DNA of 64,000 nucleotides from Bacillota bacterium (GTDB lineage Bacteria; Bacillota; Dehalobacteriia; UBA4068; UBA4997): positions 35,408 to 99,407 of the forward strand of contig JAETTP010000001.1 in the NCBI GenBank assembly GCA_021769035.1. The letters are read 5' to 3'. The position numbers were made by a program, and so were the translations under genes. Of the stretch, positions 39,678 through 49,352 are shown piece by piece. A model generated the notes under the pieces. It worked only from the letters and a program-made list of their open reading frames with translations. It made no database searches and was not told where the DNA came from. How positions within the stretch are numbered: the first letter of the stretch is position 1; every line of letters begins with the position of its first letter.

Positions 39678-41078
39678 TCATTTGCCTAAACAAAAACGCT
39701 CAAAAACGCGATTAATAATCTCCTCTGAGGCCGCTTGGCCGCTGATTTCCGCCAACGCCTGCCAGGCCGTTTGCACATCAATGCTGAGCATTGCCGCATC
39801 AAAACCAAGTTGGGCCGCTTCCGCCGCACTGCTCAAGGCCTGCTCCGCCGCCAAAAGCGCCGCCTTGTGCCGATCGTTTAACAAAGCGCTCAGCGGCTCG
39901 CCGCTTTGCTGTTGCAGCAAAGCTTCGCTAAGAGCCTTTTTCAGATCCGGCAAGCCCTGGCCGCGCAAAGCAGCCAATTCCAGCAACGGCAAATCAAGCT
40001 CCTGGCAGAGCTCCCGCAATCGGGCCTGCCAAACGGCTTCCACCTCCGGCAAATCCAGCTTATTGAGAAGCACTAAAATTTTTCGGCCCGGTAAATTGGC
40101 AGCCGCTTCTGTCCGCAGCAAATCCCACCAGAAATCGTCCGGCGGCTGGCTGGCGTCTAACATCAACAGCACCAAATCGGCCTGCGCCAAAGCCTGCTTG
40201 CTGCGCTCAATCCCGGCCTGCTCCACAATATCCGTGGTTTCCCGAATGCCGGCAGTATCCACCAAACGCAAAGGCATACCGTTCAGCAAGTAGTATTCCT
40301 CCACCGTGTCGCGCGTAGTGCCGGCCTGCGGCGTCACAATGGCCCGCTCCATTTGCAGCAAGCTATTCAACAAGGTCGATTTGCCGGCGTTGGCCGGCCC
40401 CACAATCGCCACCAAAGCCCCCTCGCGATAAAAACGGCCCTCTCTGGTTTGGCTCAGCAAGCCCTGAACCTGCGCCCGCACCTCTGCCAAACGCGCCAAA
40501 ATCTGCCGCTGCAATTCGACTTCGTCTGTTTCCTCGGGATAATCTACAGCCAATTCCAGCTGAGCCAGAACATCCAACAAAGCATCGGCCATAGCAATCA
40601 GCTGCTGTTGTAAACTGCCGGCCAACTGTCGCTCGGAAATTTTCAACGCCTCCGCGCTTTTGGCCTCAATAATATCAATTACCGCCTCCGCCTGGTCCAA
40701 GGAAAGCTTGCCGTTAATAAAAGCGCGGGAGGTAAACTCGCCCGGCTCGGCCAGCTTAGCTCCGGCCTGCACCGCCGCCGCCAAAATCTCCCGGCAAACC
40801 AGATAGCCGCCGTGGCATTGCAGCTCGGCCACGTCTTCCCCGGTGTAGGAATGAGGAGCCGGCATATAAACGGCCAAAGCCTGGTCCAACAGAGCGCCCG
40901 CCGCATCGTGCACCTGGCCCAGATACAAACGCCGCGGCTCTGGTTGCAGCCGTCCGCCTTTTTGCGGCTGAAAAATCCGCTGCAAAATCGGCAGCGCCTC
41001 CGTCCCGCTAATTCTGATAATCCCTATGCCGCCGTTGCCCGGCGGGGTGGCGATTGCCGCTATAGTGTTTCCTAACAT
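39678..41078 (-). CDS. mnmE: tRNA modification GTPase MnmE
   Basis: TIAAIATPPGNGGIGIIRISG N-terminus, G-domain GPANAGKSTLLN, C-terminal CxGK-like end. Start at MLGNT with AAAAGGA RBS. Confidence 0.9.
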   Translation of the reverse strand: MLGNTIAAIATPPGNGGIGIIRISGTEALPILQRIFQPQKGGRLQPEPRRLYLGQVHDAAGALLDQALAVYMPAPHSYTGEDVAELQCHGGYLVCREILAAAVQAGAKLAEPGEFTSRAFINGKLSLDQAEAVIDIIEAKSAEALKISERQLAGSLQQQLIAMADALLDVLAQLELAVDYPEETDEVELQRQILARLAEVRAQVQGLLSQTREGRFYREGALVAIVGPANAGKSTLLNSLLQMERAIVTPQAGTTRDTVEEYYLLNGMPLRLVDTAGIRETTDIVEQAGIERSKQALAQADLVLLMLDASQPPDDFWWDLLRTEAAANLPGRKILVLLNKLDLPEVEAVWQARLRELCQELDLPLLELAALRGQGLPDLKKALSEALLQQQSGEPLSALLNDRHKAALLAAEQALSSAAEAAQLGFDAAMLSIDVQTAWQALAEISGQAASEEIINRVFERFCLGK

Positions 41079-41224
41079 AATATATCCTTTTATATCAATA
41101 ATAAAATATTTAATGCTTTTCAAAAATCATTTTTCGTTATTTATTCTAGCATATATAATAATAAATTACAACAGCAAACAGCTTAAACACTATATAAAGC
41201 ATAAACATTTCATTTCATTCCCTG

Positions 41225-41497
41225 TCAGCTTCGTGCTTTTGCAATAAGGCCTTTTGCTTCATCTTTGCTTAAAACCTTGCCATAAGATATCACCTTGCCG
41301 TCCACCACCAAAGCCGGGGTGGACATAACGCCATAAGCGGCAATTTGGGCAAAATCAGTCACATGCTCAATCTTCGTATTCATTCCCAATTCTGCCAAAG
41401 CGGACGAAACTGCTTTTTCCAAAGCCTGGCACTTGGCGCAGCCCGGCCCCAGCACTTTAACCCCATCGGCAATTTTCAGCGTTTCAGCCGCGGCCAT
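41225..41497 (-). CDS. thioredoxin-fold redox-active disulfide protein 2-like
   Basis: VLGPGCAKCQ motif. Alternative upstream start at 41563 would add a Cys-rich 22-aa extension. Confidence 0.55.
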   Translation of the reverse strand: MAAAETLKIADGVKVLGPGCAKCQALEKAVSSALAELGMNTKIEHVTDFAQIAAYGVMSTPALVVDGKVISYGKVLSKDEAKGLIAKARS

Positions 41498-41575
41498 ATT
41501 TTTAGGTTTACAACTTTCAGCACAACAGCAAGAATTGTTTCTTTTGAAAAATCTCATAATCATTACCCCCTAAAA

Positions 41576-42571
41576 TTAGATTAACATAAATTGAATTGCA
41601 TTAAACAAATAGCCCACCAATATAATGCCAACAACGCATATTCCTATAAACAGACCCAACAATTTCGGTTTAACAACCTTGCTGAGCATAACCAAAGACG
41701 GCAAACTTAAAGTGGTAACCGCCATCATAAAGGCAAGAACCCCTCCCAGCAAAGCTCCTTTGGCAAGTAAAGCCTCCGCCACCGGAATTGTTCCAAAAAT
41801 ATCGGCATAAATTGGCACGCCAATCACAGCAGCCAACACCACACCCAAGGGATTACTGCTTCCAAGGACAGCGGCAATCCAGCTTTCAGGGATCCAGTTG
41901 TGAATAAGCGCCCCAATTCCCACGCCAAGGAGAATATAAGGAAACACCTTTTGAAACGTGGAAACCAGCTGTTCCTTGGCATAAATCAATCTTTCCTTTT
42001 GGGTAAGCAATGGTGAATCAATATCCACATTACCGGCTTTAAGAATGTAATCCTCCACATAGTCTTCCATATGCAGCTTTTCAATCAGCATTCCACCCAC
42101 CACAGCAATAATAAGACCCATAACAACGTAAACAATCGCCACTTTTGCGCCAAAAATGCTCATAAGCAGCAATAAACTTGCCAAATCAACCATAGGGGAT
42201 GAAATCAAAAAGGAGAATGTCACCCCAAGCGGCAAACCGGCGCTTGTGAAACCAATAAACAACGGAATGGAAGAGCAAGAGCAAAACGGCGTCACTGTTC
42301 CCAACAAAGCGCCGATAATATTTGCCCAAACCCCTTGAAAACGCCCCAAAATTTTTTTGCTCCGCTCCGGTGGAAAATAGCTTTGAATATAGGTAATTGC
42401 AAAAATCAAAACGCACAGCAGCAGCGTTATCTTTAACGTATCGTAAATGAAAAACTGCACGCTGCCGCCCCAACGGGAAGCGCTTTCCAAACCCAGCCAG
42501 TTCAAACCTTTGCCAATAAGTTCATTAAGCCATTGCATGCCCAGCATCTGTTCCTGCACAAAGTTCCACAT
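41576..42571 (-). CDS. permease (COG0701-like), partner of redox-active disulfide protein
   Basis: ~10 TM protein in conserved pairing with the downstream thioredoxin-like gene and upstream ArsR. Confidence 0.7.
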   Translation of the reverse strand: MWNFVQEQMLGMQWLNELIGKGLNWLGLESASRWGGSVQFFIYDTLKITLLLCVLIFAITYIQSYFPPERSKKILGRFQGVWANIIGALLGTVTPFCSCSSIPLFIGFTSAGLPLGVTFSFLISSPMVDLASLLLLMSIFGAKVAIVYVVMGLIIAVVGGMLIEKLHMEDYVEDYILKAGNVDIDSPLLTQKERLIYAKEQLVSTFQKVFPYILLGVGIGALIHNWIPESWIAAVLGSSNPLGVVLAAVIGVPIYADIFGTIPVAEALLAKGALLGGVLAFMMAVTTLSLPSLVMLSKVVKPKLLGLFIGICVVGIILVGYLFNAIQFMLI

Positions 42572-42686
42572 AATATAAAATCACCTCACAATTTAATATA
42601 TCAAAAAATTTTGATGTGTTTATTAAAAGAAAAGTCATCATTTCGGATGACGTTCCTCGCGTTTCAACAATCGCAAACTCCAACGT

Positions 42687-42965
42687 TTAAGGCGTTGTTA
42701 GCTGTTTAAGCAGTTCCACAGCCTTATCCCTGCCATCAAGGCTTAAATGATAATAAGTCCATTTTCCATCCTGACGGCTTGCCACAATACCAGATTCACA
42801 AAGTATTTTCATATGATATGAAAGACCGGATTGCTTTAAGTCCAGCTGTTCCAGCAAAACGCAGGCGCATTTTTCGCCGCCTCGCAGCAATTCCAAAATG
42901 GCTAATCTGTTAGGGTCGCACAGGGCTTTAAACACCTTGGCATTTTTTTGCAGTTCGTTATTCAT
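42687..42965 (-). CDS. ArsR/SmtB-family transcriptional regulator
   Basis: LCDPNRLAILELL...CACVL HTH/metal motif. Flanked by ATATCAAAAATTTTTGATAT-type palindromes. Confidence 0.8.
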   Translation of the reverse strand: MNNELQKNAKVFKALCDPNRLAILELLRGGEKCACVLLEQLDLKQSGLSYHMKILCESGIVASRQDGKWTYYHLSLDGRDKAVELLKQLTTP

Positions 42966-43129
42966 TGACAACCTCACATCAAAAATTTTTGATATAATTA
43001 TTATATATTGATCTCGGCGATTTGTCAATAGGCTAAATCAAAATATTTTGATATATTTGTAGTGCTATAGGTTATTTCTAATCAACTGTTATTTCAAATA
43101 GCATAGCCAAGCTTGCCAATCGCTAAGTG

Positions 43130-43178
43130 TTCGCACAAAAAACCCTCGCAAGCATTTCACTCCGAGGGTTTTTATTAT
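43130..43178. terminator. bidirectional intrinsic terminator
   Basis: aaaaccctcgcaagcatttcactccgagggttttt. Confidence 0.6.
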
Positions 43179-43871
43179 TTACTGTTTATTTTCAAAATTG
43201 CGGTTGCGGTTGCGCTCGCGCCCATTGTGCAAGGATTTAATAATAATCTTGCGATAGGGCTCCTCGCCCACGCTGACGGTTTTAATCCCGGATTCATTCT
43301 GCAAAGCAATATGAATAACCCGGCGCTCGTGCGGGCTCATGGGCTCCAGCATAACGTCGCGGCCAGTGCGGCGGGCTTTATCCGCCATTTTCTTTGCCAA
43401 ATGGGTCAAGGTTTTTTCCCGCTCGGCCCGGTAACCCTCCACGTCCAGCACAATGCGGCATTTTTCTTCAAACTGACGATTTACCACCAAATTAGTCAAG
43501 TACTGCAAAGCGTCCAGGGTTTCGCCGCGGCGACCAATCACCGAACCCAAACCGTGGCCGGAGAAGGTAATCCAAAGCATATCCTCCTCCTTGTACTCGA
43601 TGGTGTAGCTGGGTTGTTCTTCAACTTTCAGCATCGTGAAAATTGGCTGCAAAAAAGCGATAGCGTCACGGCCGCGATCCTGGTCGTTGTAGCTGACGCG
43701 CACCACAGCGTCTTTGCCGCCAAACAAACCCAAAACACCCTTGGAGCCTGGGTCAACCACTTCAATTTCCACCTGGTCACGGGTCAGACCGATTTCTTGC
43801 AGGGCCAGCTCCACTGCAGCGTCTACCGTTTTGGCAGATTTTTCCAAAACTTGTTTCTCCAAAATCTTCAT
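43179..43871 (-). CDS. jag: Jag/KhpB (KH and R3H domain RNA-binding protein)
   Basis: KH-like and R3H (HERRVIH) motifs. Conserved position after yidC. Confidence 0.8.
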   Translation of the reverse strand: MKILEKQVLEKSAKTVDAAVELALQEIGLTRDQVEIEVVDPGSKGVLGLFGGKDAVVRVSYNDQDRGRDAIAFLQPIFTMLKVEEQPSYTIEYKEEDMLWITFSGHGLGSVIGRRGETLDALQYLTNLVVNRQFEEKCRIVLDVEGYRAEREKTLTHLAKKMADKARRTGRDVMLEPMSPHERRVIHIALQNESGIKTVSVGEEPYRKIIIKSLHNGRERNRNRNFENKQ

Positions 43872-43904
43872 CAGAGTATCCTCTTTTCAAATTATACTTC
43901 GTGT

Positions 43905-44753
43905 TTAACGCCGACGCCGGCGGCGTTTTTTCGGTGTTTGCTCCGAATCCTCAGCAGCAGTTTCCGCCACAGTTTCAGCTTGTTCCTCTTCCGCCGATGT
44001 TTCCTTTTTCTCAGTTTTTTTCAAATCAGACCGACGATGATTTCCCTTGCTCTTGTGGCTGCCGCGCTGCTCGTCCCGCTGGCGTTTTTCTTCGGCCAGC
44101 TCCTCAGCGCGCTGTTGTAATTTGGCCCGCATCGGCTTGTTAATAGCCAGCTGTTGCAGAATACCCACCACCGTGACGCCCAACCAGTAAATGCACAAAA
44201 AAGCCGGAAATGAAGCGGCCATCCAGCCCATCATCAAAGGCATTGCAAACAACATATATTTCTGCATCGGCTGGTTTGGTTTGCCGGTGATGATATAGCT
44301 TTGTAAAAAGGTACTGCCAGCCACTAAAACAACCATTATATAAGTGCTGTCAACCTGACTTAAATCTGAAATCCACAAAAATTTGTAAAATTCCTGGTGC
44401 AACGGCACAAACTGGCGCAGGCCGTTGTAAAGACCAATCATAATTGGAAACTGAATCAACATTGGCAGGCAACCTGCCAAAGGGTTGATGTTGTAATCCT
44501 GATAGAGTTGCATCAGCTTTTGATTCATAAGCTCTGGATTGTTGGCATAACGCTGCTGAAGCTCCTGCACTTGCGGCTGAATTGCCTGCATGGCCACGGA
44601 GGAACGCAACTGGTTGATGTTTAAGGGCATCAAAATCAGCCTGATTATCACGGCGATGGCCAAAATAGCCACCGCATAGCTGGGAAAACCCAGCGATTGC
44701 GTGATATTAAACAGAAATTCCACACAATCCGCTACAAGAGTTTGAAATGACAT
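43905..44753 (-). CDS. yidC: membrane protein insertase YidC/SpoIIIJ
   Basis: YidC 60-kDa inner membrane insertase core. Basic C-terminal tail. Confidence 0.9.
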   Translation of the reverse strand: MSFQTLVADCVEFLFNITQSLGFPSYAVAILAIAVIIRLILMPLNINQLRSSVAMQAIQPQVQELQQRYANNPELMNQKLMQLYQDYNINPLAGCLPMLIQFPIMIGLYNGLRQFVPLHQEFYKFLWISDLSQVDSTYIMVVLVAGSTFLQSYIITGKPNQPMQKYMLFAMPLMMGWMAASFPAFLCIYWLGVTVVGILQQLAINKPMRAKLQQRAEELAEEKRQRDEQRGSHKSKGNHRRSDLKKTEKKETSAEEEQAETVAETAAEDSEQTPKKRRRRRR

Positions 44754-44859
44754 TTTTCTTAATATTTACCTCTTAATCTTTTCCGCCCTCCCCAATCGGG
44801 AGGGCCCGCTGTTTAACTTTTTCTGAAATTTTAGTAAAATATGGCTTAATTTAAAAATT

Positions 44860-45078
44860 TTATTTTACCGGGTCGTAGCCGCCTTTACAAAAAGGATGGC
44901 ATCTTAAAATACGGCGAAGCGCCAGCAAACCGCCTTTCAGCGCACCATATTTTTCAATAGCCTGCATTGCATAAGCCGAGCAGGTGGGAATGTAACGGCA
45001 ATTTGCACCCAAAAGCGGTGAAATTGCAGCCCGATAAAATCGAATCAGCGCCAACAAAATTTTACTCATTGCGCTCAC
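44860..45078 (-). CDS. yidD: membrane protein insertion efficiency factor YidD
   Basis: [14 protein letters not shown]...[11 protein letters not shown] motif. Confidence 0.85.
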   Translation of the reverse strand: MSAMSKILLALIRFYRAAISPLLGANCRYIPTCSAYAMQAIEKYGALKGGLLALRRILRCHPFCKGGYDPVK

Positions 45079-45503
45079 CTATCTTTTTGACCAACCGCGG
45101 ATTCGTCTATCGTTTGTACCGCGATTTTTTCCGGTTGTTTAGCGGCGGTCAACAAGCCGCCATCCTGCAAGGTTTTCAGCAGCTTTTTGCGCAAAGCCGG
45201 CACGCTTTCTGCTTTGGCGCCCTGGCGAGCAATCAGCACATAATCAAAGCCAGTTGCAAAAGCTGCCAGTTCCAAACGGCAGGCCTCGCGCAGTTTGCGG
45301 CGCACTCGGTTGCGCTCCACCGCATTGCCAATCTGTTTAGATACGGAAAAGCCCAGGCGCGGCCCGCAAGCGGTTTGCTTTTTTTTAGGCCCCGTGACAC
45401 GCCGAAAACACAGCACAAACGCCCGATTTTTCAGAGATTTACCTCTTTGATAAACCCGACGAAAGTCCTGCCTTCTTTTCAATCGAAATTGTTTTTTTAA
45501 CAT
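45075..45503 (-). CDS. rnpA: RNase P protein component
   Basis: RNR motif region and basic composition. Position after rpmH. Confidence 0.9.
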   Translation of the reverse strand: MLKKQFRLKRRQDFRRVYQRGKSLKNRAFVLCFRRVTGPKKKQTACGPRLGFSVSKQIGNAVERNRVRRKLREACRLELAAFATGFDYVLIARQGAKAESVPALRKKLLKTLQDGGLLTAAKQPEKIAVQTIDESAVGQKDR

Positions 45504-45520
45504 CTTGGCTTAACCGCAGA

Positions 45521-45655
45521 TTAAGCAGAGAGAACTTTGCGCCCTTTTGCCCGGCGGCGGGCCAAAACCTTGCGTCCGTTTTTGCTGCTCATACGCGCCA
45601 TAAAACCATGTACTCTCTTGTGTACACGTTTTTTCGGCTGATAGGTTCTTTTCAT
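45521..45655 (-). CDS. rpmH: 50S ribosomal protein L34
   Basis: [44 protein letters not shown]. Below the ORF-track length cutoff. Confidence 0.9.
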   Translation of the reverse strand: MKRTYQPKKRVHKRVHGFMARMSSKNGRKVLARRRAKGRKVLSA

Positions 45656-45943
45656 AGTACATTACCTCCATTCTGTTTTTGCAAGTTTAGCATTTAACTG
45701 CATTTTAAGCAGTTAAATTATATCATATACAAAACGGCGGCTTTTGTCAAGCAGTTAATTACAAAAAGATGTTTATAAAAGTTTAAACTTTTCCACAAAA
45801 TATACCTTGTAAAAGTGGAAAAAATTTGGTATTATAGATAAGCGGGATATTTTTTCGCCCAATTTGGTTGACATTTTAAATTTTGTCCCCAGTTTTCTGT
45901 TGAAAACCCCGCCGGATTTTTTTACCCTAGGAGAATTTATTTT

Positions 45944-47293
45944 ATGAAGTATGAGCTATGGCCGCAAATTTTGGCCGATTTACAACAACACCTCAGTCAG
46001 GAAACTATTGAACGTTGGTTCAACAACGTCATCGACGTTGACAAGCGCCAATCCACCCTATATATCAAAGTGCACACGGACGGACAGGCGGAATGGATGG
46101 AAAAGCACTATGCGCAAATTTTACAGGAAAGTGTAATCAAGGTAGCCGATGAAAATTTGGACGTGGTTTTCATCATCAGCGATAACCAGCCCGCCTTGGC
46201 CAATCAACAGACGCAAACCCAAGCAACTTACCAGCCGGAGGCCTACACGGCCCAAGGCAACCGTTTTAATTTCAATCCGCGTTACAACTTTGAAAGCTTT
46301 GTGGTTGGCAGCAGCAACCGTTTTGCCCACGCAGCCGCCCTGGCGGTGGCCGACCGCCCGGCCAAAAACTATAACCCGCTGTTTCTCTATGGCGGCTCCG
46401 GCCTGGGCAAAACTCATTTAATGCACGCCATCGGGCACCGGGTGCTCAGCCTGCGCCCAAACACCAATATTCTCTACATATCCACCGAAACTTTCACCAA
46501 TGAATTTATTTCCTCGGTGCGGCAGGGCTCCGCCCACAAATTTAAAAACCGTTATCGCACCGCCGACATCTTTCTAGTGGACGATATTCAGTTTTTAACC
46601 GGCAAAGAAGGAACCCAGGAGGAATTTTTCCACACCTTTAACGCGCTTTATGAGCAGGGCAAGCAAATTGTGATCAGCTCCGATCGGCACCCCAAGGACA
46701 TCGCCACTTTGGAGGAGCGTCTGCGCTCGCGCTTTGAGGGCGGTCTGATTACAGATATTCAGCCGCCGGATTTGGAAACCCGTATCGCAATTCTTCAATA
46801 TAAATCATCGGTGGAAAATTTAAAAATCACTAACGATTCGATCGCCTATATCGCTTCCAACATTCCCTCCAATATCCGCGAGCTGGAGGGCGCTCTGAAC
46901 CGAGTAAAATATTACGCCCTGGTGACTAACTCGCCGATTATTGATTTAAGCCTGACGGAAAAGGTAATGGAGGATATTTTGCCCAACAAGCAAAAGCAGG
47001 CCCTTTCCCCGGATTTAATCAAAGAATGTGTAGCCAACTACTTCAATCTGCAAAGCGCGGCCGATTTAGCCTCGCCCAGGCGCGATCAGAGTATCACCAA
47101 GCCGCGCCACATTGCGATGTATCTTTGCCAAACCCTGCTACATATGAGCCTGAACGAAATCGGCGAGCACTTTGGCAAACGCGACCACACCACGGTTTTG
47201 AACGGAACCAAGAAAATCACCAATAACCTGAAGCTGGACCTCAATTTGCAGCAATCCATTCAGGAGCTGACCGATATTATCAAACGGGCCTGA
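45944..47293 (+). CDS. dnaA: chromosomal replication initiator DnaA
   Basis: AAA+ GGSGLGKTHL. C-terminal DNA-binding domain. DnaA-box variants TTTTCCACA upstream. Confidence 0.95.
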   Translation: MKYELWPQILADLQQHLSQETIERWFNNVIDVDKRQSTLYIKVHTDGQAEWMEKHYAQILQESVIKVADENLDVVFIISDNQPALANQQTQTQATYQPEAYTAQGNRFNFNPRYNFESFVVGSSNRFAHAAALAVADRPAKNYNPLFLYGGSGLGKTHLMHAIGHRVLSLRPNTNILYISTETFTNEFISSVRQGSAHKFKNRYRTADIFLVDDIQFLTGKEGTQEEFFHTFNALYEQGKQIVISSDRHPKDIATLEERLRSRFEGGLITDIQPPDLETRIAILQYKSSVENLKITNDSIAYIASNIPSNIRELEGALNRVKYYALVTNSPIIDLSLTEKVMEDILPNKQKQALSPDLIKECVANYFNLQSAADLASPRRDQSITKPRHIAMYLCQTLLHMSLNEIGEHFGKRDHTTVLNGTKKITNNLKLDLNLQQSIQELTDIIKRA

Positions 47294-47364
47294 ACGTTTA
47301 TATTGACAACAGTACTATATTATAGTAAAATATAGGCAAATAATTTTTATAGTGAGGTATAGTT

Positions 47365-47472
47365 ATGCATCTTCCAGTTTATTCTTATGTCTTATCGGCT
47401 GTCAATGTAGTAATATTAGTTGCTATGACCTATTTGGTCTATCGAGTAGCTAAATTTTTCCTGAAAAAGTAA
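47365..47472 (+). CDS. 35-aa hydrophobic Lys-tailed membrane peptide (MHLPVYSYVLSAVNVVILVAMTYLVYRVAKFFLKK)
   Basis: Promoter TTGACA-17-TAAAAT at ~47306. SD GTGAGGT. Strong terminator gagccgcccttttcaaacaaagggcggctttttttgtg immediately after stop. Confidence 0.45.
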   Translation: MHLPVYSYVLSAVNVVILVAMTYLVYRVAKFFLKK

Positions 47473-47539
47473 AGTTTAAGAGAACGAGCCGCCCTTTTCA
47501 AACAAAGGGCGGCTTTTTTTGTGTAAACACTTAGCGATT

Positions 47540-47950
47540 GACAAGTCCACTTTTTTTAGATAACAGCTTTTCCACCTGTGCAGAAAAAAAACTTTTTCTT
47601 AAACCGAAATCTTCAAAAAAAACCTATTGTGATATTCCGTTAATTATAGTATAATATTCAGACACAGAAAAGTTTTTCCACCGAGTTTTACAGATTTTGG
47701 AAAACTTTGTGCACATTGGCTGTTATTAATCTGTGTAAAACTAATTATGCCAGTTAAAAAAAGGTTTTTTGCACAAAATTACCCCAGGCAATTAACATTT
47801 TATACCCACGCCAAAAAAGGCAGCAAAACCTTATAAAATCTGGCTGCAAAAAGTTTTCCACAAAATAAACACAGCTTATTATTATTACCACCATTTAAAT
47901 AACTATAATAATATATATGAGCCTCACAACAATAATATTACCAAAGGAGT
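47540..47950. other. oriC region (dnaA-dnaN intergenic)
   Basis: Multiple DnaA-box-like 9-mers (ttttccacc x2, gttttccaca). AT-rich unwinding stretch. Internal TTGTGA-17-TATAAT promoter. Confidence 0.5.
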
Positions 47951-47958
47951 AAAATTCA

Positions 47959-49071
47959 ATGAACATTAATTGCCAAAAGGAAGATTTACTGTATGCCGTT
48001 CAGATTATCGGCAAAGCGATTTCAGCCAAAAATACAATGCCAATCTTAAACGGTATTTTAATTATTGCTGAGGAAAATTTTATCACCCTGCGGGCCACCG
48101 ATTTGGATATTGCTATTCAGTGCAACGCTCCGGCTGATGTGGTGGAAACCGGCGAGCTGGTGATTGCCGACGGCAAGCGTTTTATTGACGTGGTACGCCA
48201 ACTGCCGGATAATAATATTAATATCAGCCTGATTAATGATTTTGATATTAATATAAATTATGGCTCTTCTTCTATTAATATGCGTGGTTTTGCCGCCGAC
48301 CAATTTCCGCAGCTGCCCAATCTGGCCGGGGATATGCAGGCCAGTGTTAAGGGCGAGGTTTTTTCCCGCATGGTTAAGCAGACGGCTATTGCTTCCGCTA
48401 ACGACGAAATTCAGCCAATCCTCACCGGTATTATGCTGGATATTAACGGCGAGCAGCTGAATTTGGTGGCTACCGATTTTCACCGGCTGACCCTTTGTCA
48501 GGGAGTTTGGCAGACTCAAAACCAACAGCAGACTCAGGTTATCGTGCCGGCTAAAACTATGTTGGACGTGGCTAATCTGGCCGATGCGGAGGAACAGGTG
48601 GAAATCAGTATCAGCCATAACAACGCTTGCTTTAAGATGGGCGCAACTATTTTTGTTTCCCGCCTAATCTCCGGCCAGTTCCCGGATTATCGGCCGATTA
48701 TTCCCAAGGAGGAAAGCTTTAAACACCAGGTTTACGTCAACAAGCAGCTGTTGGGCAGCGCGCTGCGCCGGGCCAGCCTGCTTAGCAAGGACATAAACAA
48801 CACGGTGCGCCTGAAGTTTGAGGAGGGGCAGATCGTTATGACCGCCAACACTACGGATATTGGCAATATCCGCGAGGTTATCCCGGCTGATTTTCAGGGC
48901 GAGGAGCTGATGGTGGGCTACAACCTTAAATATCTTTTGGACTTTTTGAAAGTGAGCAGCAGCGAAAATATTTATATGAAGCTTTCCGGCAATTTAACCC
49001 CCGGCGTGATGTTGGAGGAGGATAACGCCAGCTTTACTTATATCGTGCTGCCGCTGCGTTTGATTGACTAA
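47959..49071 (+). CDS. dnaN: DNA polymerase III beta sliding clamp
   Basis: Three-domain beta-clamp. Conserved position. Confidence 0.95.
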   Translation: MNINCQKEDLLYAVQIIGKAISAKNTMPILNGILIIAEENFITLRATDLDIAIQCNAPADVVETGELVIADGKRFIDVVRQLPDNNINISLINDFDININYGSSSINMRGFAADQFPQLPNLAGDMQASVKGEVFSRMVKQTAIASANDEIQPILTGIMLDINGEQLNLVATDFHRLTLCQGVWQTQNQQQTQVIVPAKTMLDVANLADAEEQVEISISHNNACFKMGATIFVSRLISGQFPDYRPIIPKEESFKHQVYVNKQLLGSALRRASLLSKDINNTVRLKFEEGQIVMTANTTDIGNIREVIPADFQGEELMVGYNLKYLLDFLKVSSSENIYMKLSGNLTPGVMLEEDNASFTYIVLPLRLID

Positions 49072-49079
49072 AAAGGCGG

Positions 49080-49316
49080 GTGAGGCAAATGCCGAGTGAA
49101 ATACAGCAGATTAGGGTGGAAAGCCTGCCGATTACGCTGGCCCAGTTTTTGAAATGGTGCGGTGCAACGCTGACCGGCGGCCAGGCTAAGGAGTTGATTC
49201 AGGCCGGCCGGGTGCAGCTGAACGGCGAGCCTTGTTTGCAGCCAGGGCGCAAGCTACAACCGGGGGATTTGATTGAATTGCAGGGGAGCCGCTGGCAGCT
49301 GGTTTTGCCTGAGTAG
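49080..49316 (+). CDS. yaaA: S4-domain RNA-binding protein YaaA
   Basis: S4 fold. Conserved dnaN-yaaA-recF order. Confidence 0.8.
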   Translation: MRQMPSEIQQIRVESLPITLAQFLKWCGATLTGGQAKELIQAGRVQLNGEPCLQPGRKLQPGDLIELQGSRWQLVLPE

Positions 49317-49352
49317 GCTTGTTGAAGCAAGGGGGAATGGCTTATCTTACGT

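Noticed and set aside
43113-44120. 335-aa plus-strand ORF
   Set aside because: Antisense to jag and yidC, which have strong family signatures.
47480-47560. Antisense sRNA partner for the oriC small peptide
   Set aside because: The terminator is bidirectional, but I could not find a plausible minus-strand promoter. Not called.
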